Shown here piece by piece: positions 1-8,240 of a stretch of DNA of 64,000 bases. Made by a program: the position numbers and the translations under genes. The notes under the pieces are model-generated. The model saw only the letters and a list, made by a program, of their open reading frames with translations, did no database searches and was not told the DNA's origin. This stretch comes from Chromatiales bacterium (GTDB lineage: Bacteria; Pseudomonadota; Gammaproteobacteria; SpSt-1174). The first letter of the stretch is position 1; each line of letters begins with the position of its first letter. Location: positions 12,919 to 76,918 of the forward strand of contig JABURS010000019.1 of assembly GCA_014762505.1 (NCBI GenBank). Reading direction: 5' to 3'.

Positions 1-126
1 CGGCGTGAAGGTGCTTTACTTCACCCAGTTGCTCGGCCTGTCCATGGGCCTGTCCGCGCGCAAGCTGGGCATCCATGAAAACGTCAGTGACTCCATCGGG
101 TTCCTGAAGGACAAGGGCGTCATCTG
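1..126 (+). CDS. 3' end of an upstream gene (C-terminal 41 aa); by context possibly HdrB2 of an sHdr locus
   Basis: Open frame entering the window, stop TGA at 124-126. Sits immediately upstream of the lbpA-dsrE3-lbpA lipoate module that normally follows hdrC2B2. Assignment is from context only. Confidence 0.3.
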
Positions 127-228
127 AGGATGAGAAGCGGGGGCGGGCGCAAGCCCGCTTCCCGCTTTTGCTTTTGTCGCCAAGAATAATTCTCGTTTAT
201 TCAGTTTTCCGCTTTGCCGTGGGGTCCC

Positions 229-675
229 ATGGATTGTAACGGTTGCGAATTCCACCCCGAGTTGTTTTACGACGACGAGTTCCAGATCTGGGTCCGTCGT
301 GAGGATGACGACTCGCTGACTGTCGGCATGACGGACATCTCACAGACCATTGCGGGCAAGATCCTGCACGTGCGTGTGCGTCGTCCGGGTACCATGCGCC
401 CGCCGGGCAAGCCGGTGGCCACCATCGAGAGCGGCAAGTGGGCCGGTCCGATCCCGAATTTCATCGAATGCGAGATCGTGGAAGGCAATGCCGAGGTGCT
501 CGAGAACCCCGTGCTGCTCAACAGTGATCCGTACAACGCCTGGATCGCGCGTGTGAACGCGACCGGCGGTGTGGACAAGGCCCTGGAAGTCTTTCTGACG
601 GGGGAAGAGGCACGCAAGGGTTATTGCGAGCGCGCCACGCGTGAAGACATTCACTGCCAGCGCAAGGTCCGGTAA
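229..675 (+). CDS. lbpA: Lipoate-binding protein LbpA1 (GcvH-like, sHdr-associated)
   Basis: About 148 aa, GcvH fold length. Candidate lipoyl-lysine in TIESGKWAGP. N-terminus aligns with the paralog at 1158 (CNGCEFHPELFYDDEFQIWVR vs RGCNIPEDLLYNVDNNVWVR). ATG 229 with GTGGGG Shine-Dalgarno (SD); the ORF track starts at TTG 214. Confidence 0.85.
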   Translation: MDCNGCEFHPELFYDDEFQIWVRREDDDSLTVGMTDISQTIAGKILHVRVRRPGTMRPPGKPVATIESGKWAGPIPNFIECEIVEGNAEVLENPVLLNSDPYNAWIARVNATGGVDKALEVFLTGEEARKGYCERATREDIHCQRKVR

Positions 676-682
676 CGACACG

Positions 683-1084
683 ATGGCCTACGAAGAACAT
701 TATCTCGACAACGACGAGAAGACCGTCGTGTTCATCATGACCAGTGGTCCGAGTACGCCGAACCGCTGCGCGACGCCTTTCTATCTCGGTGCCATCATGG
801 CCTCGATGGATGTGGACGTGCATATCTTTTTCACCATGGAAGGGGTGAAACTGATGCAAAAAGGCGTGGCGGATGACCTGGTCGCAATGGAAGGTGGCAA
901 GAAAGTCATTGATTTTATTAGAGATGCCAAGCGTGCCGGTGTCGTCCTGCATGTTTGCCAGCCTGCATTGCCAGGGTATAAAATCGACGAGGACACGGAC
1001 ATCATCGAGGAGGCAGATCACGTCTCCCGTGCCAGTGTTCTGGCCGATCTGCTTCTGACGTGTGACAAGGTGATCACGTTTTGA
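683..1084 (+). CDS. dsrE3: DsrE/DsrF-family sulfur carrier (DsrE3-like)
   Basis: 133 aa. DsrE-like fold signature (hydrophobic core VVFIMTSGP, conserved Cys region). Lies between two lbpA genes as in sHdr loci. ATG 683, 8 nt after the lbpA1 stop. Confidence 0.7.
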   Translation: MAYEEHYLDNDEKTVVFIMTSGPSTPNRCATPFYLGAIMASMDVDVHIFFTMEGVKLMQKGVADDLVAMEGGKKVIDFIRDAKRAGVVLHVCQPALPGYKIDEDTDIIEEADHVSRASVLADLLLTCDKVITF

Positions 1085-1157
1085 TGGGTTCTAGGGCTGT
1101 CTAGGCCCGTTTTTTGTTTAAGTGCTTGTTAATCAGTCTCATTAGGAGGAAATAAAA

Positions 1158-1595
1158 ATGGGCGCTGTACGCGGATGCAATATCCCGGAAGACCTGCTCT
1201 ACAACGTCGATAACAACGTGTGGGTCCGTAAGGAAGCCGACGGTAACGTGACGGTTGGTCTGACCTCTTATGCCTGTTCGCTGGCTGGCCAGATCGTTTC
1301 CTACACCCCGAAGAAGGTCGGCAAGTCGGTGAAGGCCGACAAGTCCTGCGCCACTGTCGAATCCGGCAAGTGGGTGGGTCCGGCCAAGACCCCGATCGGT
1401 GGTGATATCGTCGAAACCAACGACAAGGTGGCTGCCAACCCGGGTCTGATCAACGAAGATCCCTATGGCGAAGGCTGGCTGGTCAAGCTGTCCGCCGAAA
1501 ACTGGGACGGTGATTCCGCCTCCCTGAAGACCGGTGGTGACGCCCTGGCTGCCTTCGAAGCCAAGATGGAAGCCGACGGCTTCGGCGGCTGCTGA
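1158..1595 (+). CDS. lbpA: Lipoate-binding protein LbpA2 (GcvH-like)
   Basis: 145 aa. TVESGKWVGP lipoyl-lysine motif. Strong AGGAGGA SD 7 nt upstream. Paralog of 229-675. Confidence 0.85.
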   Translation: MGAVRGCNIPEDLLYNVDNNVWVRKEADGNVTVGLTSYACSLAGQIVSYTPKKVGKSVKADKSCATVESGKWVGPAKTPIGGDIVETNDKVAANPGLINEDPYGEGWLVKLSAENWDGDSASLKTGGDALAAFEAKMEADGFGGC

Positions 1596-1615
1596 TCGGT
1601 CGTTAAGCTGTGCTG

Positions 1616-1650
1616 CTATCCCCCCGCACTGCGGGGGGATAGTGCTTTCT
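1616..1650 (+). terminator. GC-rich stem-loop (10-11 bp stem, CTATCCCCCCG..CGGGGGGATAG) between lbpA2 and lipS1; weak T tract, possible attenuator or partial terminator
   Basis: Perfect inverted repeat seen directly. The downstream T-run is poor (TGCTTTCT). Confidence 0.4.
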
Positions 1651-1676
1651 GGAATTGCAAAGACGGGTGGATTTCC

Positions 1677-2858
1677 ATGAGTGACTGGTACGATCTCATC
1701 CAGCATGTCGAGCCGCTGGAAGACCTGCCGCTCGATTCGGGCCTGATTCGTTCGTTCGAATCCGACTGGGCGTCGCTCGATGCGAATGCCATTCCTCCCG
1801 TTAATTTCTATACCCCGACGTTCAAGGCCTATCAGACTTCCGAGCTGAGCGACTGTGGCAAGAGCGCATGGCCGGCCGTGTCGATCACGGGCGGTGACTG
1901 CAAGCTGCAGTGCGACCATTGCAAGGCCAAGATTCTCGAACCGATGATTCCTGCCCGTTCCCCCGAAGATCTGTGGCGCGTGGTCAACGGGATCGTCGAG
2001 GATGGTGGTCAGGGCATGCTGCTGACCGGCGGCTCCAACCATCAGAACCATGTCGAGTACGACGACTACTACTCGACCATTCGTCGTATCAAGGACGAAT
2101 TTCCCGATTTCAAGATCGCGATGCACACCGCACTGGTGACCGAAGACATCGCGATGAGCATGGAACAGTCCGGTATCGATGCGGCCATGATGGACGTGAT
2201 CGGTTCCCAGGACACCATCACGCAGGTCTATCACCTGCGTCGTACCGTGGATGACTTCGAGGCCACCCTCGAGCATCTCGTCAATACCAAGATGAAGGTC
2301 GTCCCGCATATCGTGATCGGCCTGCATTACGGGCGCCTGCTGGGCGAGTGGAATGCACTGGAAATGATCTCCCGCCACCTGCCGGATGCGGTGGTGCTGG
2401 TCGTGGTCATGCCCTTCTACGCCCCCGAGAGCCGCCCCTTCGAGACACCCGACACCTCCGCCGTCGGCCGTTTCTTCATGGATGCCCGCCAGGCGCTGCC
2501 GAGCACCCCGCTGCTGCTGGGCTGTGCGCGCCCGCCGGGCAAGGCCAAGATGCAGATCGACGCCTACGCGGTGATGGCCGGCCTCAACGGCCTGGCCCAC
2601 CCCTCCGATGGCATGGTCGAACTGGCCGCCCGCCTCGAGCGCCGCGTGAAGGTCACGCCGGCCTGCTGCTCGATCGCCGTGGGCGACGAGGTCATGGCGC
2701 TGGAAAACCTCGACGCCGGCCTCGAGATCGACATCAACGCGATCATCGAGTCCGAGCGCGAGCGCCGGCGCGCCGCCAAGCTTGCCGCCAAGGGTCTCGG
2801 CGGTATCCGCATCGTCACCGAAAACGCACCTGCCGCGGGCGGCTGCTGCAGCGCATGA
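1677..2858 (+). CDS. lipS1: Radical SAM protein, lipoyl synthase-like LipS1 (sHdr-associated lipoate assembly)
   Basis: CKLQCDHC = CxxxCxxC radical-SAM cluster motif. 393 aa. Position after lbpA2 matches the known radSAM1 - sLpl(AB) - GGred - radSAM2 order. Confidence 0.8.
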   Translation: MSDWYDLIQHVEPLEDLPLDSGLIRSFESDWASLDANAIPPVNFYTPTFKAYQTSELSDCGKSAWPAVSITGGDCKLQCDHCKAKILEPMIPARSPEDLWRVVNGIVEDGGQGMLLTGGSNHQNHVEYDDYYSTIRRIKDEFPDFKIAMHTALVTEDIAMSMEQSGIDAAMMDVIGSQDTITQVYHLRRTVDDFEATLEHLVNTKMKVVPHIVIGLHYGRLLGEWNALEMISRHLPDAVVLVVVMPFYAPESRPFETPDTSAVGRFFMDARQALPSTPLLLGCARPPGKAKMQIDAYAVMAGLNGLAHPSDGMVELAARLERRVKVTPACCSIAVGDEVMALENLDAGLEIDINAIIESERERRRAAKLAAKGLGGIRIVTENAPAAGGCCSA

Positions 2859-3964
2859 GCGGGCGTAACCCCACAACATGGCGTCTGATCGATACCGGCG
2901 TGCGGCGCGCGGCGGAAAATTTCGCGCTCAACCGCGCCCTGCTCGAAGGGCACCAGGAGGGCGTCTCGCCGCACACGCTGCGCTTCCTCAGCTTCAAGCC
3001 CTCGGCGCTGCTCGGCTTTCACCAGGATGTCGAGCAGGAGCTCAATGTCGACTACTGCCGTGAGCAGGGCATCGACATCCAGCGACGCGTGACCGGCGGG
3101 GGGGCTCTGTACTTCGACGAGACCCAGATCGGTTGGGAGCTCTATCTCGACAAGCAGACCCTCGGTACGGCCGACATGTCGGCCATTGCCCGGCGCGTCT
3201 GCGAGGCGGCGGCACGCGGCATCAGCTCGCTGGGCGTGGCGGCCAAGTACCGCCCGCGCAACGACATCGAGGTGGACGGGCGCAAGATCTCCGGCACCGG
3301 TGGCGCCTTCGATGGCGACTCCATCCTGTACCAGGGTACGCTGCTCATCGATTTCGACGTGGAAAAGATGCTGCGCGTGCTGCGCATTCCGGCCGAGAAG
3401 CTCTCCGGCAAGGCGATCGCATCGGCGCGCGAGCGCGTGGTGAATCTGAAGGAGCTGTTGGGTGATCTGCCGAGCGTCGAGGCCGTCGAGGCGGCCATGG
3501 CGCAGGCCTTCGCCGATGAGTTCGGCGTCAGCTTCGAGCGTGCCGAGGATATCAGCGCGCGCGAGCAGGAGATCTTCGCAGAGGCCCTCGAGGAGATCGA
3601 CTCCGAGGAGTGGATCTACCAGCACAATCGCCCGGTCGATACCGCGCCGATGGTGGAGGGGATCTACAAGTCCGCCGGTGGTCTGATGCGCGCCAACGTG
3701 ATGCTGGACCCGGAGAAGGGGCGCCTGAAGCAGCTGTGGCTCACGGGTGACTTCTTCATCAAGCCGCGTCGCCTGGTGGTGGATCTGGAAGCTGCGCTGC
3801 GCAACACGAAGATCGACGAGCTCGACGCCAACCTGGATGCGTTCTTCGCCGACTACGGCGCGGAAATGCTGCAGCTCACGCGTGACGACTTCGCGACGGT
3901 GATCCGCATGGCGATCGACAACGCACAGAATCCGAACGCCCAGGCGGCGTCCGGCGCGGCCTGA
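2855..3964 (+). CDS. lipT: Lipoate-protein ligase sLpl(AB)/LipT (LplA family)
   Basis: LplA catalytic motif RRVTGGGALYFDE and a C-terminal LplA accessory domain. ATG 2855 overlaps the lipS1 stop (ATGA). The ORF track's 538-aa N-terminal extension is a Pro/Arg-rich artefact. Confidence 0.8.
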   Translation: MSGRNPTTWRLIDTGVRRAAENFALNRALLEGHQEGVSPHTLRFLSFKPSALLGFHQDVEQELNVDYCREQGIDIQRRVTGGGALYFDETQIGWELYLDKQTLGTADMSAIARRVCEAAARGISSLGVAAKYRPRNDIEVDGRKISGTGGAFDGDSILYQGTLLIDFDVEKMLRVLRIPAEKLSGKAIASARERVVNLKELLGDLPSVEAVEAAMAQAFADEFGVSFERAEDISAREQEIFAEALEEIDSEEWIYQHNRPVDTAPMVEGIYKSAGGLMRANVMLDPEKGRLKQLWLTGDFFIKPRRLVVDLEAALRNTKIDELDANLDAFFADYGAEMLQLTRDDFATVIRMAIDNAQNPNAQAASGAA

Positions 3965-3975
3965 GCGGGTAGGAC

Positions 3976-5064
3976 ATGGAGCGCTTCGACGTCGTCGTCA
4001 TCGGTCTGGGCCCGGGTGGGGCGAGTGCCGCCCGCACGGCCGCCGAGGCCGGCCTGCGCGTGCTCGGTATCGACAAGAACAAGGCCGTCGGCGTGCCCGT
4101 GCAGTGCGCCGAGTTCATTCCGCTGCCCATGGGTGCCTATGCCCAGGCCGAGGGGGTGTTCAGCCAGAAGATCGTCGGCATGAAGAGCTTTCTGCCATCC
4201 GGCGACCGGCACGACTCCGATTTCCCGGGGATGATGATCGAGCGCGACAAGTTCGACCAGGCCATCGCCGCACGGGCCGAAGCGGCTGGCGCGCAGTTCT
4301 GGATGGCCTCGCGCATCGTCGGCCTGGACACCGCGGCGCGTACCGTGACCGTGCGCCGGGGGGATGACGAGATCGAGGTGGGTTACGAGGTCCTGGTGGC
4401 CGCCGATGGCCCGCATTCGCCGGTGGCAAAACTCATGGGCCTGCCGCCGCTCGAGATCGTGCAGACACGCCAGTACACCGTGCCGCTGCTCAAGCCCTAC
4501 GAGGACACCGACATCTGGCTGTCGGACGAGTATCCGGGTGGTTATGCCTGGCTGTTCCCCAAGGGCGACGTGGCCAACCTCGGGCTGGGGGCGGATCGTG
4601 AATTCGAGGCCGATCTCAAGGTCCCGCTGGACCGGCTGCACCAGCAGCTGGTGGCGGCCGGTCTGCTGGGCGAAGACATCCTCTACCGCACGGGCGGGGC
4701 GATCCCCGTGGGCGGTTTGCGGGAGCACCTGGTGGAGGGTAGAGTCCTCTTCATCGGTGATGCCGCCGGGCTTACGCATCCGATCACCGGCGCCGGCATC
4801 GCCGCCGCGGTGGTCTCGGGGGAGCTCGCCGGCAAGGCCGCCGCCGCCTTCCTCAGGGATGGTGACGAGGAGGCCTTCGAGGATTACGAGGAAGACGTGC
4901 GCGACCAGTACGAATCCTCGGTCGAGCGTGCCGTCGAGCGGCGCCAGTACCTCAGGCAGTACTGGCGTACGGAAAAGGCCAACACGGACGCCGTCCAGCG
5001 CAAGGGCTGGGTGGCGTTCGACGAATATTTCAGCCGTGACGCCTCGCAAGGGGCGGCGGTCTAA
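3976..5064 (+). CDS. Geranylgeranyl reductase-family FAD-dependent oxidoreductase (sHdr lipoate-module flavoprotein)
   Basis: N-terminal FAD Rossmann motif VVVIGLGPGGASAA. GG-reductase-like length (362 aa). Conserved position between lipT and lipS2. Confidence 0.8.
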   Translation: MERFDVVVIGLGPGGASAARTAAEAGLRVLGIDKNKAVGVPVQCAEFIPLPMGAYAQAEGVFSQKIVGMKSFLPSGDRHDSDFPGMMIERDKFDQAIAARAEAAGAQFWMASRIVGLDTAARTVTVRRGDDEIEVGYEVLVAADGPHSPVAKLMGLPPLEIVQTRQYTVPLLKPYEDTDIWLSDEYPGGYAWLFPKGDVANLGLGADREFEADLKVPLDRLHQQLVAAGLLGEDILYRTGGAIPVGGLREHLVEGRVLFIGDAAGLTHPITGAGIAAAVVSGELAGKAAAAFLRDGDEEAFEDYEEDVRDQYESSVERAVERRQYLRQYWRTEKANTDAVQRKGWVAFDEYFSRDASQGAAV

Positions 5065-5122
5065 CTTTTAAACGTGCATTCGCGTCGGTAGTGAATACCG
5101 CAGAACATCGGGAGGTTTCGTC

Positions 5123-6277
5123 ATGAGCGCTAGCGCCGATACCATCGTCCAGCCGGTGAATTTCTACCGGCCGGATTATCACATCAAGACCCCGGAGATG
5201 CGTTCGCCGGAATACGTGCAGATGTCCACCGCCGCCGCGATCTCGCTGGGTCTGGTGCCGGGCAACATGCACCGTACCGCCTGCACGCACTGTCTCAACC
5301 TCCTGGTCACCTACCCGGAAGGCTGCCGTGCCAACTGCACCTACTGTGGTCTGGCCCGTCATCGCGAGGAATCGCGTGATTATGCCGACCGCAACTTCAT
5401 CCGCGTCGACTGGCCGACCGCCCGTTACGACGAGGTGATCGAGAAGGTCAAGGCCGGTCACGACAAGGGTCAGTTCGAGCGCATGTGCATCTCCATGATC
5501 ACGCATCCGAACTCCGATCACGACACCATGGTACTGCTCAAGCAGTGGATGAAGGAGTTGTCGCACATCCCGGTATCCATCCTCTCCAACCCGACCAGCA
5601 TGAGCTACGACGACCTGGTCGCCCTGCGTGACGAAGGCGCCGACATCTTCACCGTTGCGCTGGATGCCGTCACCCCCGAGATCTTCGAGCGCACCCGCGG
5701 CAAGACCGTCGACTCCCCGCACCGCTGGGACAAGTACTGGCAGGCCATCGAGTGGGCCGCCGAGATCTTCGGCCCCGAGAAATTCGGTGCGCACCTGATC
5801 GCCGGCATGGGCGAGACGGAAAAGGAAATGATGGAGGTCTGCCAGAAGATCCGCGACATGGGTGGTCACAACCATATGTTCGCCTTCTTCCCCGAGCAGG
5901 GCTCCATGATGGAAGACTGGCCGGCCTGCCCGAAGGACCAGTGGCGCCGCGTGCAGCTGGGTCGTTTCGTCATCGACTACGCCGGTGGCCACGTCAACGA
6001 CATGAAGTTCAACGAGCAGGGCCAGATCGTCGACTTCGGCCTGGACCAGCAGGAACTGGAAGCCCTCATCAACTCCGGCAAGCCGTTCCAGACCTCCGGC
6101 TGCCCCGGCAAGTCCGACGAGGAAGTCTCTGCCTGCAACCGCCCCTACGGCGACTCCAGCCCGACCGACATCCTCTCCTTCCCGTTCGCGCTGAACGGCA
6201 AGGACGTCGAATTCGTCAAGCGCCAGATGGCCGGCGAAAACATCGGCACCTTCGATCACGATAGCCTGGACGACTGA
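5123..6277 (+). CDS. lipS2: Radical SAM protein, lipoyl synthase-like LipS2
   Basis: CRANCTYC = CxxxCxxC motif. 384 aa. Last gene of the module, followed by a strong terminator. Confidence 0.8.
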   Translation: MSASADTIVQPVNFYRPDYHIKTPEMRSPEYVQMSTAAAISLGLVPGNMHRTACTHCLNLLVTYPEGCRANCTYCGLARHREESRDYADRNFIRVDWPTARYDEVIEKVKAGHDKGQFERMCISMITHPNSDHDTMVLLKQWMKELSHIPVSILSNPTSMSYDDLVALRDEGADIFTVALDAVTPEIFERTRGKTVDSPHRWDKYWQAIEWAAEIFGPEKFGAHLIAGMGETEKEMMEVCQKIRDMGGHNHMFAFFPEQGSMMEDWPACPKDQWRRVQLGRFVIDYAGGHVNDMKFNEQGQIVDFGLDQQELEALINSGKPFQTSGCPGKSDEEVSACNRPYGDSSPTDILSFPFALNGKDVEFVKRQMAGENIGTFDHDSLDD

Positions 6278-6303
6278 GTCCGGCCGTTGTCCGTATCGGC
6301 ATA

Positions 6304-6334
6304 AAAAGGCCCCGCCATGCGGGGCCTTTTTCTT
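6304..6334 (+). terminator. Rho-independent terminator of the lipoate-module operon
   Basis: GGCCCCGC-CAT-GCGGGGCC (8-bp GC stem) followed by TTTTTCTT. Confidence 0.65.
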
Positions 6335-6343
6335 GCTGGAGGC

Positions 6344-6378
6344 CGGCAAACAAAAACGCCCGCGATGTGCGGGCGTTT
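6344..6378 (-). terminator. Rho-independent terminator for the minus-strand gene 6402-6719 (forms a convergent terminator pair with 6304-6334)
   Basis: ACGCCCGC-GATGT-GCGGGCGT stem. On the minus strand it is followed by TTTTTGTTTG. Confidence 0.55.
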
Positions 6379-6401
6379 TGCATGAACAGGCCGGGAGGCG
6401 C

Positions 6402-6719
6402 TTAGCCGATCCAGTCGTGTTCCATCACGTCGATGCGGATGTCTTCCTTCACGCTCTCGCCGTTGCCCTCGATGACGAGGGTGCCGATGCGGGTGCCGGC
6501 GGTATCGTAGCTGAACTTGGTTTCGAAGGTGCCGGGCAGGTCGACCTTGCCTTCACCGACGACCTTGCCGTCCACTTCGAACTTCGCACTGGCGGTGCCG
6601 CTGCCGTTGAGGAGGGCCTGCAGACGGAAATCCTTGTTCACCGAGCGACGGTAGACCTGCGGGTCGCGGTTCATGTTGTACTGCAGGTTGTTCAGTTTGA
6701 TCATCTTGAGCAGTTTCAT
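6402..6719 (-). CDS. Hypothetical small protein (105 aa), unknown family
   Basis: Ordinary coding composition only from internal Met88 of the 192-aa track ORF (MKLLKMIKLNN...). The upstream part is S/R-rich antisense artefact. ATG at 6719; stop precedes the terminator. Confidence 0.5.
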   Translation of the reverse strand: MKLLKMIKLNNLQYNMNRDPQVYRRSVNKDFRLQALLNGSGTASAKFEVDGKVVGEGKVDLPGTFETKFSYDTAGTRIGTLVIEGNGESVKEDIRIDVMEHDWIG

Positions 6720-6730
6720 CGCGGCTCCCC

Positions 6731-6780
6731 GTGAACTATTTCGTTGAACTATTTCTGAGTATATTAGTAGGATATAATAC
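6731..6780. promoter_or_regulatory. Divergent promoter region: tandem 13-bp-period direct repeat TGAACTATTTC x2 (6732-6742, 6745-6755) plus TATAAT-like -10 (6773-6778)
   Basis: Repeats and -10 hexamer read directly. AT-rich 100-bp gap between divergent genes 6402-6719 (-) and 6823-7254 (+). Confidence 0.3.
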
Positions 6781-6822
6781 AGCCGATCATCATACCGCAT
6801 TTGAGAGGATTTTCGTACACCC

Positions 6823-7254
6823 ATGCCACATGACATCCCGCAGGACCCGCAGCAGCGCAATCGCTGGCTGGAAGACCGTCTCGATGACCTCGACGCGCGC
6901 ATTGGCGCGCTGGAGGCCGCAGAACGCGAGGGTTCGCTGGGCGAGCTGGGGTCGGTCTTGCCCGAGGGGGCTGGTATCATGCGGGACCTGCTGCTGGCCT
7001 ATGCCGGGCATGCGGGCAAGCCGATGCCGGCCTCGGACGACCTGCTGGAGGTGCAGAAGGCCTTCGTCAAGGGTGATCCGAGCCTGAACGCGGTGCGGGA
7101 CAACGTGCGCGAGCTGGTGTTCTACCAGAACTGTCTGGCCAGCGACCGGGCCGATGCCCTGCCGCCACGTCCCGCGACCATGATGGTGCGCACGCTGCGT
7201 CACGTGTACCTCTATCTGCGTACGCGCTGCCTGCAGGAAGACCGGCTGCCCTAG
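6823..7254 (+). CDS. Hypothetical protein (143 aa) with N-terminal coiled-coil-like segment; first gene of the MoxR-VWA array
   Basis: ATG 6823 with GAGAGGA SD. No recognisable catalytic motif. Confidence 0.55.
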   Translation: MPHDIPQDPQQRNRWLEDRLDDLDARIGALEAAEREGSLGELGSVLPEGAGIMRDLLLAYAGHAGKPMPASDDLLEVQKAFVKGDPSLNAVRDNVRELVFYQNCLASDRADALPPRPATMMVRTLRHVYLYLRTRCLQEDRLP

Positions 7255-7319
7255 CCCCTGCAGACCAATCCCATGCCGGGCCCCTGGCTGCGGCGCCGAA
7301 CGACGTTTGGAGTATTTCG

Positions 7320-8174
7320 ATGAAGAATCTGATCAATCGCCTGCGCGGTGTGGAACAGGATGCCGTGCAGAAACCGGTGGCCGGGCAGGAGCCGTTCTAC
7401 GTCGCCCAGGGTAACGAGATCGAGCTGTTCGAGGCGGCCTACAAGAAACGTCTGCCGGTGATGCTCAAGGGCCCGACCGGCTGTGGCAAGACCCGCTTCG
7501 TCGAGTACATGGCCTACCGGCTCACGCGCCCGCTGGTGAGCGTGGCCTGCCACGAGGACCTGACCAGCTCCGACCTGGTCGGCCGCTACCTGCTGGAAGG
7601 CGACGAGACCGTCTGGCACGACGGCCCGCTGACGCGTGCGGTGAAGGAGGGGGCCATCTGCTACCTGGACGAGATCGTCGAGGCGCGCACCGACACCACC
7701 GTGGTCATCCACCCGCTCACCGACCACCGTCGCGTGCTGCCGCTGGAGAAGAAGTCCCAGATGATCGAGGCCCACGAGGACTTCATGCTGGTGATCTCCT
7801 ACAACCCGGGCTACCAGACCGTACTCAAGGACCTCAAGCCCTCCACCAAGCAGCGCTTCATCGCCCTGCAGTTCGACTACCCGAACGAGGAGATCGAGCG
7901 CCAGATCGTGGCCAAGGAATCGGGCGGGCTGGACGCGGAGATCGTGGACAAGCTCGTGGCCGCCGGCCGCAAGGCCCGCGCCCTCAAGGACCACGGCCTG
8001 GAGGAGGCCACCTCCACCCGCGCACTCACCTACGCCGGGACGCTGATCCAGGCGGGTGTCGATCCCATCGAGGCCTGCCGCGCGGCGATGATCCACCCGC
8101 TGACCGACGATCCGGAGCTGGTCGAGGCCATCGAGGAGATCGTGCGCGCCCATTTCGGCGCCGCCGACGAGTAG
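7320..8174 (+). CDS. cbbQ: MoxR-class AAA+ ATPase of the CbbQ/NorQ/NirQ family
   Basis: Walker A GPTGCGKT, Walker B CYLDEI, ~270 aa. Collinear similarity with the NorQ paralog at 29944 ([32 protein letters not shown]-terminal VSTRAL..). Confidence 0.85.
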   Translation: MKNLINRLRGVEQDAVQKPVAGQEPFYVAQGNEIELFEAAYKKRLPVMLKGPTGCGKTRFVEYMAYRLTRPLVSVACHEDLTSSDLVGRYLLEGDETVWHDGPLTRAVKEGAICYLDEIVEARTDTTVVIHPLTDHRRVLPLEKKSQMIEAHEDFMLVISYNPGYQTVLKDLKPSTKQRFIALQFDYPNEEIERQIVAKESGGLDAEIVDKLVAAGRKARALKDHGLEEATSTRALTYAGTLIQAGVDPIEACRAAMIHPLTDDPELVEAIEEIVRAHFGAADE

Positions 8175-8240
8175 GCCGCCCCGTCCATCCTGCAGGCAAA
8201 CGCCCCGGCCGGTATGCGCCGGGGCTGACCGACGAGCCCC

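Noticed and set aside
1741-1760. ttcgttcgaatcc resembling a tRNA T-loop (GTTCGAATC)
   Set aside because: Lies inside lipS1 coding sequence with no surrounding cloverleaf. No tRNA-like acceptor stem.
2348-2854. N-terminal 169-aa extension of the lipoate ligase ORF in the six-frame track
   Set aside because: Pro/Arg-rich out-of-context sequence overlapping lipS1 in another frame. The LplA homology begins at ATG 2855, which overlaps the lipS1 stop.
6720-6980. N-terminal 87 codons of the 6402-6980 minus ORF (S/R/C-rich)
   Set aside because: Composition and low-complexity translation indicate non-coding. A terminator-like context and an internal Met with plausible protein start at 6719.
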